A DNA stretch of 64,000 nt from an uncultured Prevotella sp. Lineage in GTDB: Bacteria > Bacteroidota > Bacteroidia > Bacteroidales > Bacteroidaceae. A program made the translations under genes and the position numbers. Location of the stretch: contig CAAGKM010000030.1 of assembly GCA_900770395.1 (NCBI GenBank), positions 423,210 through 487,209 on the forward strand, in the 5' to 3' direction. Each line of letters opens with the position of its first letter. Position 1 is the first letter of the stretch. The notes under the pieces are model-generated. The model was not told the origin of the DNA. It saw nothing but the letters and a program-made list of their open reading frames with translations, and ran no database searches. Positions 48,025 through 58,385 of the stretch are shown piece by piece.

Positions 48025-49125
48025 ATGGAATCAACCAACCATACCACCAAGCCACAACTGCCATACGATGATGAGCAGCTTGCCTTTGAAATACGCAGAG
48101 CATTGCTCGATGAGACTGCCGCCCCCGATGCCGGCGAGGCATTTGCGGAATTCAAGCGCCGCAACAGCCACATGAGCCGCAGGCTCAGACTTGCCGTAAG
48201 CCTGACAGCAGCCATAGCGGCTGCATGCATCGCCACATTAATAATAATAAGGAGCACGACATCCGGCGCCCCCTCTGCCGCAACTTCAGCAGTAAAGGCA
48301 CTGGCAGCGGCGGGCACAATAGTATATGAGGCACAGCCTGCCACAGACAGCCGGATAACCATGAACACCGGCAACGGTGAGGAAATAAAAGTGGGCAGCA
48401 GCGAGGCACGCGAAGCAGGAATAGACGTAAACAGCGAAGGAGAGATAATAATCACAGACCATACGCCGGCAAGCGAAAGCCACGAAATTGAGACACTGAC
48501 CCTGACCATCCCGCAGGGGAAACTGGCAAAGCTTATGCTCGACGACGGCACCACCGTGTGGCTCAGCGCCTACAGCAGGCTGATATTTCCCCAGCATTTC
48601 GCCCCCGCCATGCCGCGCGAGGTAATACTCTACGGCGAGGCATACTTCAAGGTGGCACACGATGAGGCACGCCCGTTCACGGTAAAGGCAGGAAGCATCA
48701 GCACACACGTATTGGGCACGCAATTCACCATACGCAACTTTGACGGCGAGCAGCCACAGGTGACACTGATAGAGGGCAAGGTGGAGGTAAGTGCCGGCAG
48801 CGACCGCAACATCACCCTCAGTCCCGACCAGACAGCATGGCTTGACGGCAACGGCACACTCAACAGGGAAGCCGCCGACATGGACGTGGCTACAAGCTGG
48901 ATGAGCGGGAACTTCTATTACGACGGTCAGACGCTGAAACACATAATGACAGACATCGGGCGATGGTACAACATGAGTGTAGTGTTTGAGAACAGTGCCC
49001 TCATTGGCACACAGCTGCATTTCAATGCCTGCAGAAACTGGAGCATAAAGCAGGTACTGGAGCAGCTGCAGCTAATTTGCACGGCGAAATTCGTCATAAA
49101 AGACAATGTTTTAATTGTAAAGTGA
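48025..49125 (+). CDS. FecR-family anti-sigma factor
   Basis: Single TM after a cytoplasmic N-domain; a FecR domain (…TVWLSAYSRLIFP…) with a C-terminal …LIGTQLHFNA… partner-switch region. Confidence 0.85.
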   Translation: MESTNHTTKPQLPYDDEQLAFEIRRALLDETAAPDAGEAFAEFKRRNSHMSRRLRLAVSLTAAIAAACIATLIIIRSTTSGAPSAATSAVKALAAAGTIVYEAQPATDSRITMNTGNGEEIKVGSSEAREAGIDVNSEGEIIITDHTPASESHEIETLTLTIPQGKLAKLMLDDGTTVWLSAYSRLIFPQHFAPAMPREVILYGEAYFKVAHDEARPFTVKAGSISTHVLGTQFTIRNFDGEQPQVTLIEGKVEVSAGSDRNITLSPDQTAWLDGNGTLNREAADMDVATSWMSGNFYYDGQTLKHIMTDIGRWYNMSVVFENSALIGTQLHFNACRNWSIKQVLEQLQLICTAKFVIKDNVLIVK

Positions 49126-49204
49126 AAGATAAAACAACGTTTTTCTTTTATTCTGTATTGATTTTAACTTTTATTAAAGGCACAATGTAGACACCGAGCA
49201 CGTT

Positions 49205-49247
49205 ATCACTAAGTAAACGTTGGAAAAAATTAATAAAACTTAGTGAT
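49205..49247. promoter_or_regulatory. Perfect 10-bp inverted repeat ending 3 nt before the susC-like start codon
   Basis: ATCACTAAGT (49205-49214) and ACTTAGTGAT (49238-49247) with a 23-nt A-rich spacer. Confidence 0.4.
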
Positions 49248-49250
49248 ATT

Positions 49251-52200
49251 ATGCAAATATTCAACACACGAAAGCATTTTACCGTGACCGCCGGCAAACG
49301 CTTAGGCGCCTTAGCCGTAATGCTGATTTTGTCATTGGCTGTAATAGCGCAGTCAAAGGGACACATCACTGTGGCGTTCAACAACGAGAAAGCCACGACA
49401 GCACTGCGAAAGGTGGAAAAGCTGTCAGGCAGAAAAATCCAGTACAATTATGACGATGTGAACTTCAAGGTTACACTGTCGCTGAAAAACAAAACGCCCG
49501 AGGATGTAATCAGGGCAATAGTGAAAGGACACCGCCTGAGAGTGCAGTCGAACGGCGAGTTTATTGTGATAATAAGGACCGACAACATCCCGACAGAGAC
49601 AACCGACGGCAAAACCGTGCAAGGCATCGTGATAGACATGCACGGCGAGCCTGTCATTGGAGCGGTGGTACGTGACCGAACACACAAGCAGAACACCGTG
49701 ACAGACGTTGAGGGAAAATTCGCACTGGAGGCACAGTCTGACCGCATATCGCTCAACGCGTCATACCTCGGCATGAAGGCTGCCACATGGAACGGCAACC
49801 GCGGCGACTACGCCGTGATTGTGATGGAAGACGCCACCAACACTCTTGAGGACGTGGTGGTGACGGGATACCAGCAGCTTGACAGGCGTAACCTCACATC
49901 GTCGGTGACATCAAAGGACATGGACGAGCTGAAGATTGCCGGAGTGAGCGACCTGTCGAAAATGCTTGAGGGACAGATTCCCGACCTGATAAGCACAGCT
50001 GCCAGCGGCGAGATCAATGCCACCAACCGCATAAGGATTAGAGGTACAAGTACACTTATCGGCAACCGTGAGCCGCTGTGGGTTCTCGACGGGATAATCC
50101 TGACCGACCCCATCAGCCTTACGAGCGACGTGCTCAACGACCCCGACTACGTGAACCGCATAGGTAACGCCATAGCAGGAATAAACCCTCAGGACATAAA
50201 GCGTATAGACGTGCTGAAGGATGCTGCCGCAACGGCACTCTACGGCACGCGTGCCGCCAACGGCGTGATTGTAATCACCACCAAGAGCGGCCGCGAGGGA
50301 AAGCCCATCATCTCATACGACACACAGCTCACACTGCGCAAGCGCCCTTACTACACCGACGGCAAGATAAACCTTATGAACTCGGCTGAGCGCATACAGT
50401 TTTCAAAATATCTTGCCGACCAGCACTACAAATATCCCAGCAGCATGGCATGGGTGGGATATGAATATGCCCTGTCGCAGTACTACGCAGGCAAGCTCAC
50501 CGAACAGGAGTTCAAGCAGGAGGTGAGAAACATGGAGCTCCGCAACACCGACTGGTTTGATGTGCTGTGCCACAACTCGTTCTCCCACGACCATTCGGTA
50601 AGCATATCAGGAGGCTCGGAGCGTGTGAGGTATTACACCTCTGTAGGATACACCGACCAGGACGATGTCATCGACAACACCACAAACCGTCGCTACACCA
50701 CCATGGCAAAGATTGACATGACGCTGAGCAGCAAGTTTCAGCTGCAGGTAAACCTCAACGGATATCTCAACAACCGCGAATATACCGCAGGAGAAGTGAA
50801 CCCAATCGACTATGCCTACAACACAAGCCGCACGATAGCCGCCTACAATCCCGACGGCAGCCTACACTACTACCAGCGGCCTGCAACCACCAGCTACAGC
50901 TACGGCTACAACATCTTGGGCGAGATGGAAAACAGCGGCACCACCCAGCAGACCAGTTCGGTGACCGCTACCGCCAACCTGCGCTACCAGCCCACGAACA
51001 ACCTGTTCTTCAACGCCATCTTCTCGGCAAACGTGAACAACGGAAGCATCGAGACCTATTACGGAGAAAACACATTCCACTCAAAACTGCTGCGAAGGGC
51101 TGGTTCCGACGGAACAGTATCCAGCGACAGCTACATGCCATACGGCGGTGAATACACAAGCCAAAAAAACAAAAACGTGGGATGGACGGCACGACTGCAG
51201 GGAAACTACAACAAATACATAGGATGGAAACACAACATCAACGTGGCGCTGGGATTCGAGGCTTCGTCGGCACACGTCACCGGCGACAGCTACACACAGC
51301 GCGGATACTACAAGGACCGCGGACGCTCGTTTGCAGTTAATATTCCCGAATCGTTCACAAACTACTGGTCGTGGATGAGATCCAATGTGCCGAAAATCAC
51401 CGACTCAAAGACCAATATGGTGAGTGCATACGCCACATTGTCCTATTCCTACGGAGGGCTGTTCACCGTGAATGCCAACGGCCGCTTCGACGGCAGCAAC
51501 CAGTTTGGCAGCCGCAGCAACGAGAAACTGCTGCCCATCTGGAGCGTATCGGGAAATGCCAACCTGCGCGACATCACGAAGATAAAGGCAAAATGGCTCG
51601 ACGACCTGCGCCTGAAGGCATCCTACGGCGAGCAGGGCAACATGCTCGACAACCAGACATCGGAGCTCATAATAAAAAAGGGCGGAATGAACTCGTTCTA
51701 TAACGAAATGGAATCTACCGTGGCATATTTTGCCAACCCTGACCTGAAATGGGAAAAGACACGCTCAATAAACACGGGCTTGGAGGCAAGCCTGTTTGAC
51801 AGCCGCCTGCAGCTTGAGGTGGAATACTACAACAAGCACACCACCGATGCCTTTATGAGCAAAACCATCAGCGACGTAAACGGATATACTTCATACATCA
51901 TCAACTCGGGAACAATCACCAACAGCGGCTTCAACTTCACGCTGACGGCAACCCCGATAAAACTGAAAGACTTCTACTGGATATTCTCAGGAAACCTGTC
52001 GAAGATATATAATAAGGTGAAAACCGCTCCGGGTGCCGAGACGTATCAGCGAAATGACTTTCTCACAGGAAACGCCGTTATAGAGGGACAGCCCGTGGGA
52101 ACATTCTATTCGTTCAAGTTCTTGGGACTGAGCCCCACAGACGGCGGACCGCTCATTGACGACATGGAGGAGCGTCAGGAGGAAATCAACAACGTGAGCA

Positions 52201-52802
52201 ACTATGAGCTCTACACCCGGGTGCTGACTCCATCAGGCCGCCGCGAGCCGGACATCACGGGCAGCATCAACAACACATTCACATACAAGCAATGGCGGCT
52301 CAGCTCCTCGCTTGTCTACAACCTGGGAGCAAAGACACGGTTGTTCCGCCTGTTCGACGGCTTCGCAACAACGGGCTCGGCATTTATGGCAGACCACAAC
52401 ATCAACCGCGACTTTCTCAACCGCTGGCAAAAGCCCGGTGACGAGCTGAATACAAACATACCGGCGGTGATTGGCAATGGCAACAAAGACTACTGGTACT
52501 ATAGCAGCCACTGGAACTCGCGTCTTGCCGACAATGCCTGGGAAATGTATGATTACAGCACGGCGAGAGTGGTAAGCGCCAATTATCTGAAACTGTCCAA
52601 CCTGTCGCTCACCTACGAGTTCAGCCGCAAACAGCTCGACCGCATGAAGCTTGACCGTCTGGCAATCATCCTGAGCGGATATAACCTGCACACATGGTGT
52701 GACAAATCACTGCGCGGACAAACCCCTACCCAAGGCGGTTTCACAGAGATACAGCTCTCCGACACCCCAAGCTACACTCTTGGCGTATCAATTAATTTCT
52801 AA
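49251..52802 (+). CDS. SusC/RagA-family TonB-dependent outer-membrane transporter with N-terminal STN signalling and carboxypeptidase-regulatory-like domains
   Basis: 1183 aa. The N-terminal extension is typical of anti-sigma-coupled SusC proteins; it has a TonB box region and a C-terminal …SYTLGVSINF terminal beta-strand. Confidence 0.9.
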   Translation: MQIFNTRKHFTVTAGKRLGALAVMLILSLAVIAQSKGHITVAFNNEKATTALRKVEKLSGRKIQYNYDDVNFKVTLSLKNKTPEDVIRAIVKGHRLRVQSNGEFIVIIRTDNIPTETTDGKTVQGIVIDMHGEPVIGAVVRDRTHKQNTVTDVEGKFALEAQSDRISLNASYLGMKAATWNGNRGDYAVIVMEDATNTLEDVVVTGYQQLDRRNLTSSVTSKDMDELKIAGVSDLSKMLEGQIPDLISTAASGEINATNRIRIRGTSTLIGNREPLWVLDGIILTDPISLTSDVLNDPDYVNRIGNAIAGINPQDIKRIDVLKDAAATALYGTRAANGVIVITTKSGREGKPIISYDTQLTLRKRPYYTDGKINLMNSAERIQFSKYLADQHYKYPSSMAWVGYEYALSQYYAGKLTEQEFKQEVRNMELRNTDWFDVLCHNSFSHDHSVSISGGSERVRYYTSVGYTDQDDVIDNTTNRRYTTMAKIDMTLSSKFQLQVNLNGYLNNREYTAGEVNPIDYAYNTSRTIAAYNPDGSLHYYQRPATTSYSYGYNILGEMENSGTTQQTSSVTATANLRYQPTNNLFFNAIFSANVNNGSIETYYGENTFHSKLLRRAGSDGTVSSDSYMPYGGEYTSQKNKNVGWTARLQGNYNKYIGWKHNINVALGFEASSAHVTGDSYTQRGYYKDRGRSFAVNIPESFTNYWSWMRSNVPKITDSKTNMVSAYATLSYSYGGLFTVNANGRFDGSNQFGSRSNEKLLPIWSVSGNANLRDITKIKAKWLDDLRLKASYGEQGNMLDNQTSELIIKKGGMNSFYNEMESTVAYFANPDLKWEKTRSINTGLEASLFDSRLQLEVEYYNKHTTDAFMSKTISDVNGYTSYIINSGTITNSGFNFTLTATPIKLKDFYWIFSGNLSKIYNKVKTAPGAETYQRNDFLTGNAVIEGQPVGTFYSFKFLGLSPTDGGPLIDDMEERQEEINNVSNYELYTRVLTPSGRREPDITGSINNTFTYKQWRLSSSLVYNLGAKTRLFRLFDGFATTGSAFMADHNINRDFLNRWQKPGDELNTNIPAVIGNGNKDYWYYSSHWNSRLADNAWEMYDYSTARVVSANYLKLSNLSLTYEFSRKQLDRMKLDRLAIILSGYNLHTWCDKSLRGQTPTQGGFTEIQLSDTPSYTLGVSINF

Positions 52803-52814
52803 AACAAAAGACGT

Positions 52815-54398
52815 ATGAAACTAAGATATATTATACTTGCTGTCTCGGCAATGACCATGAGCAGTTGCGGGGACTTTCTTGAGGAGTCGTCCCAAGACCA
52901 TGACTATGTACGCTCATGGAACGACCTTAACGAACTGCTTATAGGCGACTGCTACATGCCGTCGAACAACAGCAACACTTTCGATACCTTCGCAAATCCG
53001 GGAATGTTCCTACATCTTCTTGCCGACGAGCTGCAGGAGGTGACAGAAGGCGCGGGCATTGGCGGCGCCAGTTTCGACCAGCACGAGCCGCAATACGGAT
53101 ACATAGGCTGGCAACAGCGCTATGGAGTGGACGAGAACTACACAAAGTATTTTCAGGAAAACACTGCATGGACCACAATGTATAAATACATCAATGTGGC
53201 AAACAACATACTGGAAGCTGCCAAGGAACTGCCCACGGCACAGGATGAGGAGAAAGCAGGAGTTAGCTACGTGAACGGGCAGGCACACTTTCTGAGAGCA
53301 TTCTATCTGTTCTGGCTCACAAACACCTACGGTCAGCCCTACAGTCCACAGACAGCAGGCACCGAGCTTGGCGTGCCTGTAAAGACAACAAAGGAAGTGG
53401 AGGACATTATCTTCCAGCGCGCCACCGTGCAGGAGTGCTACGACCAGATTGTCGCCGACCTCCACTCTGCCGAGCAGGAGTTTGAGGCATCAACGATGAT
53501 TCCACGCAAGAGCGTATTCCGTGCCGACATCACATCGGTGCAAATGCTTCTCAGCCGCGTGTATCTCTATATGCAAGACTGGGACAAGGCTGCAGAATAT
53601 GCCCAAAAAGTAATAACAGCCAAACCCGCACTGCAGGATTTAAACAACACCACCGGCGATTTCGCCACGAAAGACAACCCCGAGACCATATTCAGCATGG
53701 GCGGCGATGACCTGCCCGCATTTCAGTGCAACTGTGTACAATGCCTGAAAGTGAGCGACGGCTTGTTCAATTCCTATAGCATCAACGATGCACGCCGCGA
53801 CCAGTGGTTTTGGGAATACGGCGCATTCCACGGACTGACAAAACAACCCTTTCCTTACGCACTCTACGGCTCAAAGGATATGACCGACAGAACTTCCTAC
53901 TGGAAATACTGGCAATATCCATCACTACAGCGCGAAATATCATCGCTGTTCTGGCTGCGCACAGGCGAGGCATACCTCATCCTTGCCGAAGCCGAAGCTT
54001 ACCGCGGCAACGAGGAGCCGGCACGCACAGCCCTGAACACGCTGCGCCGCGCACGCTTCTATAAGGGCACAGCCGACTGTGACGTAAAGTCGGAAGGCAG
54101 CAGGCTGATAAGCGACATACGCAACGAGCGCCGCATAGAGCTGATGGGCGAAGGACACCGCTGGTTTGACCTGCGCCGCTACCGTGTGTGCAGCGTGCAG
54201 CCGGAGAAGGTGGAGCTTACCCACACTTACACGTGCTACAAGGAACGCGGCTCACAGGAAATAGTGGAAACCCGGCTGTTCGTTCTTGAAAAAGACGACC
54301 CGGCATGGACTTGCCCAATACCACAGGATGTGATAGACTTCAACGTGGGAATGCCTAACAACGGCAACAGGCACAAGGAATATACAGTAGTAAAATAA
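52815..54398 (+). CDS. RagB/SusD-family outer-membrane lipoprotein
   Basis: Lipoprotein signal (MTMSSCG) and TPR-like SusD core (…RAFYLFWLTNTYG…, …RRIELMGEGHRWFDLRR…). Confidence 0.9.
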   Translation: MKLRYIILAVSAMTMSSCGDFLEESSQDHDYVRSWNDLNELLIGDCYMPSNNSNTFDTFANPGMFLHLLADELQEVTEGAGIGGASFDQHEPQYGYIGWQQRYGVDENYTKYFQENTAWTTMYKYINVANNILEAAKELPTAQDEEKAGVSYVNGQAHFLRAFYLFWLTNTYGQPYSPQTAGTELGVPVKTTKEVEDIIFQRATVQECYDQIVADLHSAEQEFEASTMIPRKSVFRADITSVQMLLSRVYLYMQDWDKAAEYAQKVITAKPALQDLNNTTGDFATKDNPETIFSMGGDDLPAFQCNCVQCLKVSDGLFNSYSINDARRDQWFWEYGAFHGLTKQPFPYALYGSKDMTDRTSYWKYWQYPSLQREISSLFWLRTGEAYLILAEAEAYRGNEEPARTALNTLRRARFYKGTADCDVKSEGSRLISDIRNERRIELMGEGHRWFDLRRYRVCSVQPEKVELTHTYTCYKERGSQEIVETRLFVLEKDDPAWTCPIPQDVIDFNVGMPNNGNRHKEYTVVK

Positions 54399-54420
54399 TC
54401 AAGGGAAAAAGACAAACAGC

Positions 54421-55335
54421 ATGAAAAAGATAAAACTTCTGCAACTCATGGCACTTATTGCTGCCATGGCAGGCATTTCAACAGCGTGCAGCGAGGAAGA
54501 CGAACCCGTTGCCGGTGAATATGACATAGCTTCAAATTACATGCCTGCAGCCGACGACAACAGCGAGACAGCACAGATGCGCCGTGCCTTTACAGAAAAA
54601 TACGGTTCGTTTCTGCTCTTCAACGACACTCTGCAGCATGTGTTCTTAGGCAAAGACATAAACGGTGACGACCGCTACTTTACTGAGCACATCGACATAG
54701 AATATCACATAGGGCAAACAAGCAGTTCTTCCGACAAGAACTACAGCTACACACTGCTCACCGACGTGAACACACAGCGTATGGCTGTGGAGTTTCTTGA
54801 GGAATACATACTGCCGCATCTCGGCACGAAGCTCAAGCCGTTCTCATGGCTGCTCGCGGCTACCATCACTCACAAGACAGACATAAACGCCATAGTACGT
54901 CCATACGCAGTGACAGGACAGAGATGCTATGCCTTGAAAATGAACGACCTGAAACCGTCAAGTACGGAAAGAGTGAAGCAACAGCTTGCAAACCGCCAGC
55001 TAACGGTTGTTGTGGCTGGACTTGTAAATACCTACAGTGAGGAGTTCAGTGATTTCATTGCTGTGAGTGAGTCAAAATACGGGCAAAACATGGGCACTAC
55101 AGTTGTCGAGGAGCAGCTTCAGCTACTGCGCAGCAACGGCTTCATTGGTTTCGGTGCCAGCAGCAAATCCAGCTATCCCAAACGCAACGAGGACATAAAC
55201 GCATTCGTAACAACGGTGGTGAACTACAACGATGAAGCATTAGAGCGTATGTATGGAAGCTATCCGCAAGTGATGCGCAAGATACAGATTCTGAAAAACG
55301 AACTTACGAGATTAGGCTACAAATTTGACATATAA
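54421..55335 (+). CDS. Hypothetical lipoprotein (PUL-associated, unknown family)
   Basis: Lipoprotein signal (…STACSEEDE); no recognisable catalytic motifs. Confidence 0.5.
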   Translation: MKKIKLLQLMALIAAMAGISTACSEEDEPVAGEYDIASNYMPAADDNSETAQMRRAFTEKYGSFLLFNDTLQHVFLGKDINGDDRYFTEHIDIEYHIGQTSSSSDKNYSYTLLTDVNTQRMAVEFLEEYILPHLGTKLKPFSWLLAATITHKTDINAIVRPYAVTGQRCYALKMNDLKPSSTERVKQQLANRQLTVVVAGLVNTYSEEFSDFIAVSESKYGQNMGTTVVEEQLQLLRSNGFIGFGASSKSSYPKRNEDINAFVTTVVNYNDEALERMYGSYPQVMRKIQILKNELTRLGYKFDI

Positions 55336-55353
55336 AAAGTAAATATTGTAAAT

Positions 55354-56070
55354 ATGATACGACACACTTTTTCTCTATTGTCGGCAGTTGCATTGGCGGT
55401 GCTTTGTCTCACTGCATGCGGCGATGACGAATATTCATCAGAAAACATCGACTTTACGCCTGTAAAAGCAACGGCACAAGGTACATTTACCGACTCACGT
55501 GACGGCGAGACATATAATTGGGTGCGCTACGGCAACACCGACTGGATGGCAGAGAACTTCAGACAGGAGATGAACGATGTAAACAAATGCCGCCTTTACA
55601 ATCTTCAGGAGGGAGAAGCTGAAAGCGACAAGCGACCACCGGTAGACCCTAACCGTTACGGCAGACTGTACACATATTATGGAGCCGTGGAAGCATGCCC
55701 TGAAGGATGGCGACTGCCCACGGATGACGACTGGAAACAGTTGGAAATTGCCATGGGCATGAGCCACGGAGATGCAGACCGGCGTGAGTGGCGCGGCAAC
55801 GTTGCAGGCAAGATGCTCTCATGCTATGACCGCACTACAGACCTGAACCTGCTGCTTGGCGGCTACTATACCTACCATACGATAATGTCTACTCCCGGAT
55901 TCCGCTTCCTTGGGTCGCAGGCATTCTACTGGACTGCCACTCAAGATACAGAAAAGGAAACAGGATATTATTTCTACCGTAAAATGGTGTATAACCGCGG
56001 CAGTGTGTACCGCGAAAGCATGGAAACAGGTCAGTACCTCAGTGTAAGATATGTACGCGATGCCAAGTGA
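55354..56070 (+). CDS. Fib_succ_major (FISUMP) domain lipoprotein
   Basis: Lipoprotein signal (…LTACGDD); …CPEGWRLPTDDDWKQLE… and a C-terminal …YLSVRYVRDAK. Confidence 0.7.
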   Translation: MIRHTFSLLSAVALAVLCLTACGDDEYSSENIDFTPVKATAQGTFTDSRDGETYNWVRYGNTDWMAENFRQEMNDVNKCRLYNLQEGEAESDKRPPVDPNRYGRLYTYYGAVEACPEGWRLPTDDDWKQLEIAMGMSHGDADRREWRGNVAGKMLSCYDRTTDLNLLLGGYYTYHTIMSTPGFRFLGSQAFYWTATQDTEKETGYYFYRKMVYNRGSVYRESMETGQYLSVRYVRDAK

Positions 56071-56083
56071 GTGCCCTCAAAGG

Positions 56084-56941
56084 ATGAACATCCCCGGCAG
56101 ACTGAGCCGGCTACTGGCTGCCGCAGTACTGACACTCACTGCAACCACCGCCGTGGCACAGAGTTCCGACATACATGCCTATCTGTTGAACATAGGCAAA
56201 GGCAACAAAGTCTATACTGCCTTCGGACACACAGCCTTGCGCATGACCTGCCCCGAGCGCAGTCTCGACTACTGTTTCACCTTTGAGATGGACATGCACC
56301 AAAGCAACTATGCAGATGTGTTGCTCCGCAAGGCAAAAGCAGGATTTGCAGTGGTGCCGACAACGAAATTCCTACACGAATACAGCGCTGAAGGGCGTGG
56401 AGTGACTGAATCGGAACTGAATCTCACCACAGAGCAGAAACAGGAAATGTGGCGGTTGCTTGACACAGAAGTGAGGCGTGGAGCTGTATGGACGTTCGAT
56501 TTTATCGACAACAACTGCACCACAATGGTGCTATACATCATTGAAAAGGCAATTGCTCCAGCCACAATAGAATTTACCCAAATGCCAGAGTGCATGCACG
56601 GCACACGAGCCGATGTGCTCAATCAGATATCGCAGGAATCGCCATGGGTGAGACTGGCGCTTGGAGCAGTGCTGCATGGAGAGCTAAGCCAGCCGGCGCA
56701 TCCCATGCAGATGGCTGCGCCAGAAATCATTGCGGAGATGCTGCCCACGGCAGTCATTGCCGACAGTGCACACAAACACAGGCTGCCGTTGGTAACAGGC
56801 TGCCGGACTTTGCTCAAAAATACAGTCGTGGCACGTCCTTGTCCCTTCAGACCATGGATGGCAACTGTCCTGACAGTCGTTGCGACAGTAACAGCGCTTG
56901 GCATAGTGATGATTAGAAAGAGAAAGAAACGTAGAGCCTGA
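56084..56941 (+). CDS. DUF4105-like exported protein with a C-terminal TM anchor
   Basis: Signal (MNIPGRLSRLLAAAVLTLTATTAVAQ), …YTAFGHTALRM… characteristic of the DUF4105/Lnb N-terminal domain, and a C-terminal hydrophobic helix plus a KRKKRR stop-transfer. Confidence 0.55.
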   Translation: MNIPGRLSRLLAAAVLTLTATTAVAQSSDIHAYLLNIGKGNKVYTAFGHTALRMTCPERSLDYCFTFEMDMHQSNYADVLLRKAKAGFAVVPTTKFLHEYSAEGRGVTESELNLTTEQKQEMWRLLDTEVRRGAVWTFDFIDNNCTTMVLYIIEKAIAPATIEFTQMPECMHGTRADVLNQISQESPWVRLALGAVLHGELSQPAHPMQMAAPEIIAEMLPTAVIADSAHKHRLPLVTGCRTLLKNTVVARPCPFRPWMATVLTVVATVTALGIVMIRKRKKRRA

Positions 56942-56989
56942 CAATAACAGACAATACAAAAAGTTTAACAACAATAAAAAATTAAGTTT

Positions 56990-58378
56990 ATGAAAAAGAT
57001 TTTTACTAAAGCTATGCGCGCAACCCGGTTGATGACCACAATGATTGCGCTGGTAGCATCAACAGGTGCGGCATTTGCCGGCGGCGACGGCTATTTTTCT
57101 TACTTTGCCGACCTCATTGCCTACCCTACAGGTGCAGGTACGGTGTATGCAGATGCATCATCCTCCACTGTGCCTGAATTTGACGGCGTGGAGTTCAAGG
57201 ACTTCACCGTACCGTCAGAACAGGTGGAGGTGAAGTATGTCACACAAGGTTCCGTAATGGGCTATAACGCAACAGCCATACCTGCCAAAGGATGGATATT
57301 TGCAGGATTCAGCGGAGCAAAGAAGAATGCTGAAGGCGATCCCGTGTTTAGCGACAGCATCTGTGTAACGGGTAATCCGGGATATCTAAGTGTGACAGCG
57401 ACAATGAAGAGCGATGATGAAGCGTCGGCACTCGCAAACTTCCCGCTTGTGTCGGACACTACCCACTATGCCCTTTTCACCCATATAGCAGTGAGCGTGG
57501 CAGAGGGACAGGAAGACTTCGGAACAGCAAAGATAAGCAAAGTGTGCAATGAGATAGGCGACAAGGTGACGCTGACAGCCACTCCATCGGAAAAAGATGC
57601 AACGGCTAAGTTTGAATACTGGCTTAATGCCACAACTGGCGAGAAGACCACTCAAAACCCGTTGGAGCTGACCGTTGCCGATACCGCACGTTATCAGGCT
57701 TTCTTCACCAGCGACAACGGTATAAGAATCAACTTCCCCGAAGAGGGCGGAAAAATTGCATTCCACGCCGACTGTGGATACAGCATGCCATACAGTATGC
57801 AAGCACTTAAATTTGAAAACCGTTCTGATCACGAGGAATGGGGAAGTGTAGTGGCTGGCGACTCATTGGAATATGATGCGACATCGGGAAAATGCTATCA
57901 GGAACCCGACACAATAAGATATACACTCTACCAAGGAGAGACTTATATCCTGTATGGCAAAGGCATAAAGACACTCACAAAATATGAAGATGCGACACTG
58001 GAGCAGAGCTACAACCAGTTGGCTTGGAGCGGAGAAGGAGGAAAGAAAGTAAGCGAGCTGGCTGTAACAAGCCATTACTACAGCGTGGATATAGACAAGA
58101 ATGAATTCAACCTCTTAGCTGCAGATGCTACAATTGCTCCCAACACCGCATATCTGGCTCTCACCAATGCAAGCTATGAGAAATATGGACTGAAAGAGGC
58201 TCCCGGCACCATCTACTGGATTAACCCGCAGACATCCACAGGCATAGACGAGATTACCGTAAACGGGGGGGTATCAAAAAAAGGCATATACACCATTGAC
58301 GGCAAGAAACTTGACCGCATAACAAAGACAGGTCTTTACATTGTGGACGGTGAGAAACGCTTCTACATGAAGAAATAA
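56990..58378 (+). CDS. Secreted hypothetical protein with a probable T9SS C-terminal sorting domain
   Basis: Signal peptide; the C-terminal about 60 aa (…GIYTIDGKKLDRITKTGLYIVDGEKRFYMKK) resembles a T9SS CTD. Confidence 0.5.
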   Translation: MKKIFTKAMRATRLMTTMIALVASTGAAFAGGDGYFSYFADLIAYPTGAGTVYADASSSTVPEFDGVEFKDFTVPSEQVEVKYVTQGSVMGYNATAIPAKGWIFAGFSGAKKNAEGDPVFSDSICVTGNPGYLSVTATMKSDDEASALANFPLVSDTTHYALFTHIAVSVAEGQEDFGTAKISKVCNEIGDKVTLTATPSEKDATAKFEYWLNATTGEKTTQNPLELTVADTARYQAFFTSDNGIRINFPEEGGKIAFHADCGYSMPYSMQALKFENRSDHEEWGSVVAGDSLEYDATSGKCYQEPDTIRYTLYQGETYILYGKGIKTLTKYEDATLEQSYNQLAWSGEGGKKVSELAVTSHYYSVDIDKNEFNLLAADATIAPNTAYLALTNASYEKYGLKEAPGTIYWINPQTSTGIDEITVNGGVSKKGIYTIDGKKLDRITKTGLYIVDGEKRFYMKK

Positions 58379-58385
58379 ACTCTCT

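Noticed and set aside
48286-49020. 244-aa minus-strand ORF over the FecR gene
   Set aside because: Antisense shadow ORF.
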